Source: Patescibacteria group bacterium (GTDB lineage Bacteria; Patescibacteriota; Minisyncoccia; Phycocordibacterales; JAACPR01). Taken from it: 64,000 bases of DNA. Every line of letters starts with the position of its first letter. Position 1 is the first letter of the stretch. The translations under genes were made by a program, and so were the position numbers. The stretch is taken from NCBI GenBank assembly GCA_022711495.1, contig JAKLEX010000001.1:436882-500881 (forward strand). The letters are read 5' to 3'. Shown one piece after another: positions 7,220-17,162 of this stretch. The notes beneath the pieces were generated by a model. The model made no database searches. It had not been told where the DNA came from and saw only the letters and a program-made list of their open reading frames with translations.

Positions 7220-9529
7220 CTATTTTTGCGGCTTTATATCATCAATCTCACACACCCCGCTGGCACAAGCCAACTCTTGCTTCAAATTAGTCTCATCTTT
7301 CTGTTCATAAACCAGAATTTTTGAGAAATCAATGTGGTCCACCGTTTGCAACATCTTTTCATATCTTTCTTTACTGATTTCTTCATACGGCGCCAACTGA
7401 TAGACATAATCAAACCTCGGCAAAAAAGAAAGGCCGCCGATGTACTCCCAGTTTTCATAAACCCAGTTGCCAACTCGAATCCATTCCTCCGGTCCGATCG
7501 AAATCGTGGTGGAAGGATTATGCTCGGTGTAATTTTTCTTGACCATTTTCCAGTGTTCCAGCTGGCCGATGGCATCAAGCGAATCTTTGGTGACCGCCCC
7601 GTCCGGAGCTTTTACCGGAAACTCAATAACAAAAGTTGAGGCGTTACCTTCAGTAAAACCGACTTCAGGATAGAAAGGCACGGCTTGATCTTTCAGCATT
7701 CGGAAAAGAGAATCGGTTTTGCCGATGCGGACACGTCGAATATAGTACGGAGCATGGCGTGGATGCATTCCGGACGAACTGTCAACGACTTGAGAGACGG
7801 TTCCAGATGGTTTCGTCGTCGTCACGCAAGTAGAAGGTTTTATGCCAAATTTTTTGGCGTAAATTTTATTAATGCGAATAGCTTCGTCGCGTAATTTTGC
7901 CAGAACTTTTTCGTCGCGAACTGTTGGACAATCCCATTGACCAGTCAGCGAAACACCGAGAAGCGCTTCTTTCTGGCAATTTTGCTTCCACTCTTTTCCG
8001 AGATAGCCGAAATTTGTCAAAGTTGCCTGATAAGTACCAAGGATCGTGGCTAAGCGTACCTTTTCAAGCAAAGTTTTCTCGGTGTCCTCTGCTCGGCAAA
8101 CAACTTCTGACAAATTACAAAACTGCTTTGATTTCAAGACAATTTCTCCGCAAGGGTTAGTTCCATACGGATAATTTTCTCCATTCATTTTTACACGACG
8201 CGCCGGTAATTGCTTATTCAAAGAACCGCGATTAAAAATTCCTCTTTCACCAGAACCGGATTTTACCAAGGCCAGCCACTCATCCATAAATTCTTCGGCT
8301 TTGGGTTTTTGCTCGTAAATGGCGGAGTTATTAGCCATCGTTCTCTGCGGCGCATTAACCCAAAATTGGCCATTTTTAGCGTTGCGCATCTCCATATCGT
8401 CCAAATCCGACAAAGAAATCATGGCGCTACGACGAACTCCGCCGACAACGACAATCTGCCCGATCATGCAACACAAATCGTGCACATCAATATTAGAAAG
8501 TCTTCGGCCTTGTTTTTCCAGAATTCGTCCGCGGGCAAAATCCAGTAATTGTTTCAGCGGACCCGGACCCGAAGCTTTTCCGCCCATGATTTTCAGTCGC
8601 GCGCCTTCCGGACGAACTTGAGAATAATCAAAAGTGATATCTTTGCCGCCAAACCAAGCTTTTAATCCGGTCGTCAGCGCGTTGCACCAACCTTCTTTGC
8701 TGTCGCCGATAACGTGGACCGGCAACTTAACGCCGGTTTGTTTTTGAATTTGCGGAAGTTTTTGCACACTTTGACTTTCAACAGAAAAACCGACGCCCGT
8801 GCCACACATAGAGACATACATGATTTCAGCAAAGTCAGTCAATTTTTCCGGCGCGATATAAGAACAATTGTAAGCGCAGACATTGGTTTTGCGCGCGGCC
8901 ACGCCGGCGAATTGCATCAAGCGCATTGAAGGCATAACTCTTTGTTCCAAAATAGCTTGGCGTAATTCTTCGTATTCAGAATCTTTTAATTTGCTTTTAA
9001 GATTCTCTTTCATGAAAGAAATGTAGCGACCGACCGTTTCAATCCAGGTCTCGCGGCGATTTTCTTCTTCAATCCAGCGTGCGTAAGTTCGGTAATAAAC
9101 AAATTCGGCCAAAGGATTGCGGAAATATTTTTTGCTTTCTTCGGCTAGCTGACGAATATTGGCCGGAATCTCCGTGATTCGCGCGGCGCGAATTTTTGAA
9201 CGTTCTTCGCGGTATAAAATATAGTGCTTGGCCGTCCGAATATAACCGCTTAAAATGAGTTGTTGCTCAACAATGTCCTGAACTCCTTCAACCGTCGGCA
9301 AAAAATCCTTGATGGTCTTGGTTACAGTGACCAATTCGTCGTAAACCTTGCCGGCGACGAACTCGGCTTCTTTTCTCTCTCCTTCGTTGGTCTTGGCAAA
9401 AGCTTTGGAAATGGCAATGGTAATCTTTTCCAGATTAAATGGCACAATTGTTCCGTCTCTTTTCTTAATTTTTGGGATTAGCGAGGGCGCGATGACAGGA
9501 CTTTGGCTTTTCTTTGAAGAACGAGGCAT
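7220..9529 (-). CDS. Ribonucleoside-diphosphate reductase catalytic subunit with N-terminal ATP cone. Probably class II (B12-dependent), because no nrdB is adjacent.
   Basis: The 769-aa protein has an ATP-cone start (IVPFNLEKITIAISKAF). RNR barrel motifs are present: NPCGEI-like, SNLSEVVCRAED with the active-site Cys, and a C-terminal CASGVCEI redox pair. The class is assigned by inference only. Confidence 0.75.
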   Translation of the reverse strand: MPRSSKKSQSPVIAPSLIPKIKKRDGTIVPFNLEKITIAISKAFAKTNEGERKEAEFVAGKVYDELVTVTKTIKDFLPTVEGVQDIVEQQLILSGYIRTAKHYILYREERSKIRAARITEIPANIRQLAEESKKYFRNPLAEFVYYRTYARWIEEENRRETWIETVGRYISFMKENLKSKLKDSEYEELRQAILEQRVMPSMRLMQFAGVAARKTNVCAYNCSYIAPEKLTDFAEIMYVSMCGTGVGFSVESQSVQKLPQIQKQTGVKLPVHVIGDSKEGWCNALTTGLKAWFGGKDITFDYSQVRPEGARLKIMGGKASGPGPLKQLLDFARGRILEKQGRRLSNIDVHDLCCMIGQIVVVGGVRRSAMISLSDLDDMEMRNAKNGQFWVNAPQRTMANNSAIYEQKPKAEEFMDEWLALVKSGSGERGIFNRGSLNKQLPARRVKMNGENYPYGTNPCGEIVLKSKQFCNLSEVVCRAEDTEKTLLEKVRLATILGTYQATLTNFGYLGKEWKQNCQKEALLGVSLTGQWDCPTVRDEKVLAKLRDEAIRINKIYAKKFGIKPSTCVTTTKPSGTVSQVVDSSSGMHPRHAPYYIRRVRIGKTDSLFRMLKDQAVPFYPEVGFTEGNASTFVIEFPVKAPDGAVTKDSLDAIGQLEHWKMVKKNYTEHNPSTTISIGPEEWIRVGNWVYENWEYIGGLSFLPRFDYVYQLAPYEEISKERYEKMLQTVDHIDFSKILVYEQKDETNLKQELACASGVCEIDDIKPQK

Positions 9530-9686
9530 GTTTTAAATGTTAAAAATGATAATGTGAATATTCTATCGCCGCCGGACCAAAAATCCTTGTGGATAAGTGA
9601 GAAAAAAATGGATATGAAATGAAAAAAAAGTTTTGTAAAGAAGTCGGCGTAAAAAAACAGGTTGTTAGCGGTGGTTAAGAAGCAAT

Positions 9687-10190
9687 TTAGAGGATAACAG
9701 CCAAATCACCAATTTTGATTCCGGTTTTTTTAACAAATCCGGCGTTAACTTCCAAAATATAGAGAGCTTTTCGCGACGGCGAGAAAATTTCCGGATAAGT
9801 TTTTGGAGTGATTCCCTGTTCTATGTGAATGACTTCTTTACTTTCGCTTAGCCAAATGACATCAATGGCAAAATTCATGTCTTTCATCCAAATACCGTGA
9901 TAATCTGGCGCGTCAAAAATAAAAAACATGCCCCGTTGAGCAGCCAACGAATCTGTGCCGCTTAATCCAAGCTCGCGAGTCTCTTCGGTATCGGCGACAA
10001 TCGCGGCAATTGAGGTTTCGGCGATGACAATTCTGGCTTCTGGCGGACGATTTAATTTTTCGGTCAAAAGAGCTTTGGCTTCCTTGTAAGCTGGAATGGC
10101 GAAAAAGGACAAAAGAAAAACCATGTAGCCCAAAATAGTTTTGGTGCTAAGAATGGCCAGTTTATTTATAGTAAGCTTGGCGTCAGACAT
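9687..10190 (-). CDS. DUF192 (COG1430) family protein with an N-terminal TM anchor
   Basis: The signature matches from recall: MFFIFDAPDYHGIWMKDMNFAIDVIWL...ILEVNAGFVKKTGIKIGD. Confidence 0.55.
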   Translation of the reverse strand: MSDAKLTINKLAILSTKTILGYMVFLLSFFAIPAYKEAKALLTEKLNRPPEARIVIAETSIAAIVADTEETRELGLSGTDSLAAQRGMFFIFDAPDYHGIWMKDMNFAIDVIWLSESKEVIHIEQGITPKTYPEIFSPSRKALYILEVNAGFVKKTGIKIGDLAVIL

Positions 10191-10235
10191 GATCGGTTAT
10201 ATTTTAGCACAATTCGCATTTAAAACTTTTCTACA

Positions 10236-11000
10236 TCAAAATTTACCAGCGAGATATTTTTTGCGCGTCGCGGCGGAGAAACGCTCAATAGAATAACGGA
10301 GCGTGGTGCGAGACATCTTGAAATAATTTTCTCTTAAAAACTTTTTTAGAATTGCTTCGTTTCTCTTGCCGATCTCTCGTAACATCCAACCGACAGCTTT
10401 ATGAATCAAATCCTCGTTATCTTTGAGTAAAATTTTAGCAATTTTTAAAGTATCTGAAAATTTTTCGCGATCAATGAAATAAAAAGTTGAAATGATGGCG
10501 ATGCGGCGATCCCAAAGAGATTTTGATTTTGCTAATTTATATAAGATATTTTTAAAAGTTTCATTTTTAGATTGCGGCTCAGAAAGTGGTCGCGCTGAAA
10601 AAAGATACGCGCCAACAATTTTTGGCGCGGAAAGGTCAACTAAGTCCCAATTGTTGACGCATGAGCGATTTTTAAGATAGAAATCAAAAATTCTTTTTTG
10701 ACCAAGCGCGGATTTTTCTTTTTCAAAATTAAAAACAAGAATTCGAAGGGCGACTAGACGATCTTCGTGAATTGGGCTGGATAAAAGTTTTTTTATTTCC
10801 GCCCAGGAAATATTTTTGGACTTCTTGGCAATTTCCCGCAATTGAGGAGCGGTTCCGCCAACAAAGATATCTCCTTCGCCATATTGGCCCTTACCAGTCT
10901 TAAAAAACCTCTGCGACGTCCGCGCCCTTTGTTTATTGGCGTTTTTGCGGATCAGTTTTTGAGTGGGGGTGAGCATAAAAGTAACCCAAATTGGAGTCAC
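10236..11000 (-). CDS. DNA alkylation repair protein (AlkD/AlkC-like HEAT-repeat glycosylase)
   Basis: The 254-aa protein matches the AlkD-like pattern: FFKTGKGQYGEGDIFVGGTAPQLREIAKK..., WDLVDLSAPKIVG, and a C-terminal LKKFLRENYFKMSRTTLRYSIE. Confidence 0.65.
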   Translation of the reverse strand: MTPIWVTFMLTPTQKLIRKNANKQRARTSQRFFKTGKGQYGEGDIFVGGTAPQLREIAKKSKNISWAEIKKLLSSPIHEDRLVALRILVFNFEKEKSALGQKRIFDFYLKNRSCVNNWDLVDLSAPKIVGAYLFSARPLSEPQSKNETFKNILYKLAKSKSLWDRRIAIISTFYFIDREKFSDTLKIAKILLKDNEDLIHKAVGWMLREIGKRNEAILKKFLRENYFKMSRTTLRYSIERFSAATRKKYLAGKF

Positions 11001-11335
11001 GCAAACCTAGAAAGAACAAAAAGAGACAATATTGCCAAAATTATAGCTAAGATTTCAGCAAGAAAAAGTTTTTCTTTAAAAAATAAAGTACTAATTAAAG
11101 CTAATAAAATTATGCAGCTAACTCCATACAAGACCCCGAGAGTTGAAAGTTTTATTTTTCGCATCACGAAAAACCAACCGAGCGCCGTTAATGCGTAAAT
11201 AAAAGCTCCAAGGACAAGCAGTCTCCAACCAGAAAAAGCTTTCTGTAAAGACGCCTGTTTTATCAACATATCAGCAAAAACGGTTATGGCACTAAGCCCG
11301 ATACCTATTACAAAAGCAATTAATGTTGAGTTCAT
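10997..11335 (-). CDS. Small 4-TM DMT/EamA-like (SMR-like) membrane protein
   Basis: The 112-aa protein has four hydrophobic helices. Its stop overlaps the next gene's start. Confidence 0.45.
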   Translation of the reverse strand: MNSTLIAFVIGIGLSAITVFADMLIKQASLQKAFSGWRLLVLGAFIYALTALGWFFVMRKIKLSTLGVLYGVSCIILLALISTLFFKEKLFLAEILAIILAILSLFVLSRFA

Positions 11336-11348
11336 AAAAATTAACTCT

Positions 11349-11747
11349 TTACAAATTCAAGTAAGTTACGGTTAATTGTAATACGGTGGCAAAAGATACC
11401 CAAATCAGATAAGGAACATTGACGAGAGCAATCCAGCGAACGCGGGGGTAAATAATTTTCAGTGCCCAGATCAAGGTAAAAAGGACAAGCAAGATATTAA
11501 TAGCGGCCAGAAAATTATTTTGTAAACCAAATTGAATTGATGAAAATGCAAAATTGAAAATTAGATTAAGAATAAATGGCACGGTTACTATTTTTGGTAA
11601 TTTTCCAGTTAGAACTTTATAGAAAACAGTGGCGAAGCTGATGGCGATAATAATATAGAGAAAAGTCCAGACTGGTCCGAAAATCCAGCTCGGTGGTGCC
11701 CAAGTTGGCTTTATTAGTGTTGTGTACCATTCGGTTGTTGGGGTCAT
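11349..11747 (-). CDS. TspO/MBR family (tryptophan-rich sensory protein)
   Basis: The 132-aa, 5-TM protein has a Trp-rich N-terminus (WYTTLIKPTWAPPSWIFGPVWTFLY) typical of TspO. Confidence 0.75.
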   Translation of the reverse strand: MTPTTEWYTTLIKPTWAPPSWIFGPVWTFLYIIIAISFATVFYKVLTGKLPKIVTVPFILNLIFNFAFSSIQFGLQNNFLAAINILLVLFTLIWALKIIYPRVRWIALVNVPYLIWVSFATVLQLTVTYLNL

Positions 11748-11773
11748 GATGATTTTGTTTTAGGACTAAACAC

Positions 11774-12004
11774 CTATGGGTTCAAAAATTTAAACCTCTG
11801 TTTCTCTTCTCCGTTCACATTCACCGTATCGAAAAACATTTTTTTCGGACGAGCCCACAAAGCATTCGGGCCGAATTCTTCCGAATCATAAAGAGCGCGA
11901 TAGATTACCAGTTCTTCGAGCGTCTCACTGTGCCGAGCAACGCCAAGCATTTCGTACTGCTTGCCTTTGTAGTGTTCGTATTTTCCGAGTTTTAGTGAGG
12001 GCAT
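11774..12004 (-). CDS. DUF1653 family protein
   Basis: The 76-aa protein carries KYEHYKGKQYEMLGVARHSETLEELVIYRALY, which matches the DUF1653 signature. Confidence 0.6.
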   Translation of the reverse strand: MPSLKLGKYEHYKGKQYEMLGVARHSETLEELVIYRALYDSEEFGPNALWARPKKMFFDTVNVNGEEKQRFKFLNP

Positions 12005-12018
12005 GATTAGTGATTATT

Positions 12019-12579
12019 TTATTGCCAATCCGGACATAGTGTCCTTATTCTCTCTCTGACGGCTCGGATTATGGGCCCGGCCGCAGGAAATCCCTTCGCC
12101 CTCTTCTCAAAAATATAACGCCAATTAACAAACGCTTCGGACATTTCCTCTAGAACAGTTTCTAACTCAAGATCCACATCCGGGCGGCTTTTCTTTATAT
12201 TACAAGTAATCGGATCTTTTGTAATGTGCTCATCATAGGATATTTTAATAAATTTTTGGCTATCCCCTCCTAACAAGCCATAAAGTTTACGCAGGTTATG
12301 TTTTCTAGGCACCGCAATTCCGGTCCCCTTTTCAATTAGATAGAGAGTTTTTAAATACAACTCTATAGCAAGAGAAGTCACTGTAATATATGGACTGATA
12401 TAAGTATTGAGGTCATGGGACAGCAATAGTTTTTCCGATAGCACAGAAGAAGCCTTTAAAAAATTGTTTGCTTGATTATAAACATCCCCCGCCGTGTAAT
12501 CAACTCTCGGCCCTGAATTCTTCCGTAAAAGCGAGGTTATAATCTTTACTGTTTCTTTGAAAAAATTTATTAATCGCAC
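12019..12579 (-). CDS. Hypothetical protein with a HEPN-like helical signature
   Basis: AIELYLKTLYLIEKG...RKHNLRKLYGLL resembles the HEPN helix pair with an R-x-H-like motif. This is weak, recall-based only. Confidence 0.35.
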   Translation of the reverse strand: MRLINFFKETVKIITSLLRKNSGPRVDYTAGDVYNQANNFLKASSVLSEKLLLSHDLNTYISPYITVTSLAIELYLKTLYLIEKGTGIAVPRKHNLRKLYGLLGGDSQKFIKISYDEHITKDPITCNIKKSRPDVDLELETVLEEMSEAFVNWRYIFEKRAKGFPAAGPIIRAVRERIRTLCPDWQ

Positions 12580-12672
12580 GATTTTGTTTTGTTAGTATTA
12601 TTAATTGTCTCACTAAAAGTTGGGCTCGCGATCCCAACGCAATAATGATGCTGCGTGCGGTCATGTTCCCGT

Positions 12673-12759
12673 GCGGAGAGAGCGAGATTCGAACTCGCGA
12701 TACCCTTTCGGATATACCACCTTTCCAGGGTGGCCCATTCAACCGCTCTGGCATCTCTC
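12673..12759 (-). tRNA. tRNA-Ser, anticodon GGA
   Basis: The reverse complement begins GGAGAGATGCCAGAGCGGTTGAATGG, with anticodon loop CTGGAAA, a long variable arm, and GAGTTCGAATCTCGC at the T-arm. Length is 87 nt. No CCA. Confidence 0.85.
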
Positions 12760-12781
12760 CATTATATTTAAATCCGCAAGC

Positions 12782-13720
12782 CTATTCCATCTTCAACCCG
12801 CGCAAGGCCACGACCCTCTCTTCAACTGGCGGATGCGTGCTGAAAATTTTATTCATGAGGCCAGCCTTCTTCCCTTCTTTGTAGTCAGGAATACCGTTTT
12901 TATCAAGATCACCGCCTAACGGCGAAGCAATGAACAAGTGCGCCGTGGCCCGATTCTGTGTCTGCAAACCAGCCCCATAACTGGAAATCTTTTCCAACGC
13001 GCTGGCCAACCCGTCCGGATAACGGGTAATTAGCGCACCGGTAGCATCAGCCAAATATTCCCTCTTGCGCGAAATCGCCAACTGAATGATTGTCGCTACG
13101 ATCGGCGATAAAATCGCCAGAACGATTCCGATCAAAAGTATCACCGCTCCGGCCTTGCCGTCATCACGATTGCGACTGCCTCGGAATTTTGACCTTAGAA
13201 AAATATCCGACAGCAAAGTTACAAACCCAACCAAAACCACCACGACCGTCTGCAACAAAATATCGCGATTACCAATATGCGACAATTCATGCGCCAACAC
13301 GCCTTCCAATTCCGAACGATCCAAAATTTTCAACAGACCGGTCGTCACAGCGATGGCGGCGTTCTCTTGATTGCGTCCGGTAGCAAAAGCATTCGGCGAT
13401 TCATCGTCAATAATATAGAGTCGTGGTTTTTGAATGCCGGCGGTAATACAAAGATTTTCCAGCAGACGATGGAGTTCCCGATAAGTATTTTCATCAGCCG
13501 GCCGGGCGTGACTAACGGCCAGCGCGATTTTATCCGATTTGTAATAACTAACGATATTCAGAACTAGGCTGAAGATTAACGCGATATATAAGATAGTAGA
13601 ATCGTTGTAGATATAGCTAAAAGTCCAGCCAATCAGAATTATCAGAACAAAAAACGCAATCATCAGAAACCATGTCCGAGTAACATTTTTCTCTTGTTCT
13701 GTATAAAGATTGGCCGCCAT
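12782..13720 (-). CDS. htpX: Zinc metalloprotease HtpX (M48)
   Basis: It has an HELSHIGNRD (HExxH) motif, N-terminal TM helices and the M48 architecture. Length is 312 aa. Confidence 0.85.
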   Translation of the reverse strand: MAANLYTEQEKNVTRTWFLMIAFFVLIILIGWTFSYIYNDSTILYIALIFSLVLNIVSYYKSDKIALAVSHARPADENTYRELHRLLENLCITAGIQKPRLYIIDDESPNAFATGRNQENAAIAVTTGLLKILDRSELEGVLAHELSHIGNRDILLQTVVVVLVGFVTLLSDIFLRSKFRGSRNRDDGKAGAVILLIGIVLAILSPIVATIIQLAISRKREYLADATGALITRYPDGLASALEKISSYGAGLQTQNRATAHLFIASPLGGDLDKNGIPDYKEGKKAGLMNKIFSTHPPVEERVVALRGLKME

Positions 13721-13757
13721 TTAGCGTTGAAAATTAATTACCCAAGTTTGCGCCGAA

Positions 13758-14312
13758 CTAGAACTTAACTTGTACCGGTTCTCGAGCCGCTTCCTCGCCC
13801 AATTCAAAGAATTCCTTTTTGGCAAACTTAAACATATTGGCCACAATATTTTGTGGGAAAGAATCAACGCCAATATTCAAGTCGCGAACGTTAGTGTTGT
13901 AGAAGCGTCGTGAAGCCTGAATCTTATTTTCCGTGTCAGACAATTCTCTCTGCAATTCAAGAAAGTTCGTGTTAGCTTTCAAATCAGGATAAGACTCTGC
14001 TACCGCAAACAATGATTTCAAGGTCTGCGACAAAGCATTTTCAGCTTTGGCATGATCGGCCACCGTTTGTGCGCTCATAGCTGAAGTTCGCGCGTTCGTA
14101 ACTTTCTGCAAAGTGTCTTTTTCGTGCGTGGCGTAACCGGAAACCGTGTTAACTAAATTCGGAATCAGGTCATATCGCCTTTTCAATTGCACATCAATAT
14201 CCGACCAGGCCTCATCGGCTCGCGTTCGGAGTCTGATAAATCGATTGTAGATTGCCGCCACCCAAAGGGCAATCGCCACCAAAATCGCCAATATTATATA
14301 TACCGCTGTCAT
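13758..14312 (-). CDS. LemA family protein
   Basis: An N-terminal TM segment is followed by NRFIRLRTRADEAWSDIDVQLKRRYDLIPNLV, a hallmark of LemA. Confidence 0.8.
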   Translation of the reverse strand: MTAVYIILAILVAIALWVAAIYNRFIRLRTRADEAWSDIDVQLKRRYDLIPNLVNTVSGYATHEKDTLQKVTNARTSAMSAQTVADHAKAENALSQTLKSLFAVAESYPDLKANTNFLELQRELSDTENKIQASRRFYNTNVRDLNIGVDSFPQNIVANMFKFAKKEFFELGEEAAREPVQVKF

Positions 14313-14360
14313 AATTATTACTTATCTTTTAATGGAGATATTATACACCAAAACCGACCA

Positions 14361-14963
14361 TTAATTTAGCAATTCGCCGTTCAAATAGACTTGAACTGAT
14401 TTAACGTTGCCAAATTGTTTGCCGGCCGCGACGATTTGAGAAATCAGCCGATCTGAAGCGCAATCATCTTCCGTGTCCAATTTCAATTCGCCGTTCAAGT
14501 AAGCTTTGGCGATGCCATTTTCAATCACCGCTTTTTCTATCGCAGCGTTTTTCTGTTCCGCTAAAGGATTACCCGGCAAAAATCCCAAATTCATGTCGGC
14601 GTTCTTCATCGCCTCCAAAGTCGCCCGCCAAACAAATTGCGGTTGCGGCACACTGGTTCTAACCCAGACAATCTCGTCGCCGCAGGAATTTTGCTGACCA
14701 GAATAATCAAACATGTCCGGATCAGCCAAAACTGGATACTGAATTTTCGCCGCCAAAGCAGAAGCGGCCATAGCCGCAGAAACTTCCTCCGTGCTTGACG
14801 CGATGTCCAATACTTCCGAAACATTCGCTAATTGATTTTCACTATTTCCGGAAAATCCTCCCTTACCCAAAAGAACTGCCAAAATTATTACTAATACCAC
14901 CGTTCCGGCCACAATCCCTATAGTAGCCTTATTTTCAACGATTTTTTGCTTTATATCTTGCAT
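14361..14963 (-). CDS. Membrane-anchored secreted hypothetical protein. Any GerMN-like relation is uncertain.
   Basis: An N-terminal TM anchor precedes an extracytoplasmic domain. There is no confident family assignment. Confidence 0.35.
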   Translation of the reverse strand: MQDIKQKIVENKATIGIVAGTVVLVIILAVLLGKGGFSGNSENQLANVSEVLDIASSTEEVSAAMAASALAAKIQYPVLADPDMFDYSGQQNSCGDEIVWVRTSVPQPQFVWRATLEAMKNADMNLGFLPGNPLAEQKNAAIEKAVIENGIAKAYLNGELKLDTEDDCASDRLISQIVAAGKQFGNVKSVQVYLNGELLN

Positions 14964-15061
14964 ATTCCTGCATTATCAATATTTTCAAACAGAATGCAAG
15001 TAAATATCACACTCCCCCTTGCCTTTATTTTTATATCTGCTATTATCAACCTCGCTACGTT

Positions 15062-15289
15062 ATGGCAACTATTTTGCCGATAATCCAAATAGTCATTTCA
15101 GTATTGTTGATTGCTGGAATCTTACTACAACTAAACTCCGCCGGAATGGGTGGCGCTTTAGGTGGTTCTGACAACGTTGACGCCGGGTATCATACTCGTC
15201 GCGGTGCTGAAAAGTGGTTCTTTAACGGGACAATAATTCTTGCTATACTATTCGTTATAGTTTCAATTATTTCCTTCGTTACTGCCTAG
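15062..15289 (+). CDS. secG: Preprotein translocase subunit SecG
   Basis: The 75-aa protein has two TM segments, with ILLQLNSAGMGGALGGS between them. Confidence 0.8.
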   Translation: MATILPIIQIVISVLLIAGILLQLNSAGMGGALGGSDNVDAGYHTRRGAEKWFFNGTIILAILFVIVSIISFVTA

Positions 15290-15317
15290 TTTCCAAGATA
15301 TTTGGACATAGCTTTTT

Positions 15318-17156
15318 GTGAAAACAGAAATTGATTCTACAGAAAATAATAAGCTTTCTCGTTTTTGCTTGATCAAAAAAATCGGGCGAATCGTTAGAAC
15401 TTTTTCATTGACCGAAAAAACGATTTTCGGGGTGCTTTTGGGAATTTTTGTCATCTCTGGCGCCGGAATTTTATTAAAAGTTAATAATTCTTTTCTGGTT
15501 GACGTACCTCGGGGCGGCGGAACTTTGCGTGAAGGCATCATCGGCACACCAAGATTTATCAATCCTCTGATCGCTGTTTCTACCGCTGATAAAGATTTAA
15601 CTTCTCTGGTTTTTGCCGGTCTAACCCGCAAAGACGCTGACGGCAACATCGTTCCCGATCTAGCTGAGAGATACGAGATTTCCGAAGATCAATTGGAATA
15701 TCGGTTCTTCTTGAGAGACGATTTAAAATTTCACGACGGCGAAAAATTGACGACTGACGATGTCGTTTTCACCGTCTTGAAAGCGCAGGATCCGGAAATT
15801 GCCAGCCCGAAACGTTCCGAATGGGTCGGTGTCTCAATGGAAAAAATCAGCGACACGGAAATCGTTTTTCATCTTAAGCAACCTTACGGACCTTTCTTGG
15901 AAAACACCACGGTTGGAATTTTGCCAAGACACCTTTGGGAAAAGATCATGACTGGTGGCTTCAGTTTGAGCAAATACAACACCGAACCAATCGGCGCCGG
16001 CCCTTACAAATTAGACGACATTAAAAGAGACAAGACTGATATCCCAGAATCTTATACTCTATCAGCGTTTAAAAATTACTCTCTCGGGCGACCTTTTATA
16101 GATAAAATTGTCTTATCATTCGTCAAAAACGAAGAGGAGTTAATCGGGCTATTCGGCGCCGGAGAGATTGATTCTTTCGGTGGTATCAATCCGGCTACGG
16201 CTAAAATTCTGGAACAAGCCAGTGCCAACATCTTAACTTCACCGCTTCCAAGAATTTTTGGTCTTTTCTTCAATCAAAACGAGGCTCGAATTTTGGCTGA
16301 AAGCGCAGTAAGAAGAGCTCTGGAAGTCGCCACGCCAAAGGAGCAGATCATAACGGACGTTTTATCGGGCTTTGCCAGATCCGTCAACGGCTCCATCCCT
16401 TCAAGATTGGTGACAGACGAAAATTTGAGCAATGAAGACGCAGACGAGAGTGACACGCCAGAAGAGAGCGAAGAGACAGAGGGGGGCGCCGAAACAGAAG
16501 AAGGCGCTGAATCAGATGAAAGCGCCGAGGATTACGACGAGGCCATCGCTACCGCTCAATCTATTTTAGAAAAGAGCGGCTGGGAAAAAAATGACGATGG
16601 TATTTATGAAAAAGAAAAGGACAAACAGATTTCTTTGCTTTCGTTAAGCATCTCAACTAACGATGTTCCGGAATTGGTTGAAACGGCAAATCTGGTGGCA
16701 GATTCCTGGAAAAAAATTGGGGCCGATGTGTCAGTTAAAGTTTTTGAACCCGGCGACCTAAGCCAGACAATTATTCGTCCGAGAAATTTTGAGGTTCTTC
16801 TCTTCGGCATGGTTATTCACAATTACCCGGATCTCTACGCTTTCTGGCACTCTTCTCAAAGAATAGACCCGGGCTTAAATATCACCAATTACGCCAATAT
16901 CACAGTTGATAAATTATTAGATAATTTAAGAAATCTAACTGATAAAACTGAAATACGAGCTACTATCAAAAAGTTCAATGAAAATATTGCCGAAGATCGA
17001 CCGGCCATATTCTTGTATTCGCCAGAATTTATTTATGTTCTTCCGGCGGAAATTCAAGGGGTAAAGTTTAATAATATTACTAGTGGCGAAGATCGCTTCA
17101 CCAATATCTACGAGTGGTTTATTGAAACCGATAGAGTTTGGGGAATCTTTAATTAA
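15318..17156 (+). CDS. ABC transporter substrate-binding protein, family 5 (peptide/nickel type)
   Basis: The 612-aa protein has an N-terminal anchor, an SBP_bac_5-like core, and an internal acidic D/E-rich insert (EDADESDTPEESEETEGGAETEEGAESDESAEDYDE). Confidence 0.65.
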   Translation: MKTEIDSTENNKLSRFCLIKKIGRIVRTFSLTEKTIFGVLLGIFVISGAGILLKVNNSFLVDVPRGGGTLREGIIGTPRFINPLIAVSTADKDLTSLVFAGLTRKDADGNIVPDLAERYEISEDQLEYRFFLRDDLKFHDGEKLTTDDVVFTVLKAQDPEIASPKRSEWVGVSMEKISDTEIVFHLKQPYGPFLENTTVGILPRHLWEKIMTGGFSLSKYNTEPIGAGPYKLDDIKRDKTDIPESYTLSAFKNYSLGRPFIDKIVLSFVKNEEELIGLFGAGEIDSFGGINPATAKILEQASANILTSPLPRIFGLFFNQNEARILAESAVRRALEVATPKEQIITDVLSGFARSVNGSIPSRLVTDENLSNEDADESDTPEESEETEGGAETEEGAESDESAEDYDEAIATAQSILEKSGWEKNDDGIYEKEKDKQISLLSLSISTNDVPELVETANLVADSWKKIGADVSVKVFEPGDLSQTIIRPRNFEVLLFGMVIHNYPDLYAFWHSSQRIDPGLNITNYANITVDKLLDNLRNLTDKTEIRATIKKFNENIAEDRPAIFLYSPEFIYVLPAEIQGVKFNNITSGEDRFTNIYEWFIETDRVWGIFN

Positions 17157-17162
17157 AAAATT

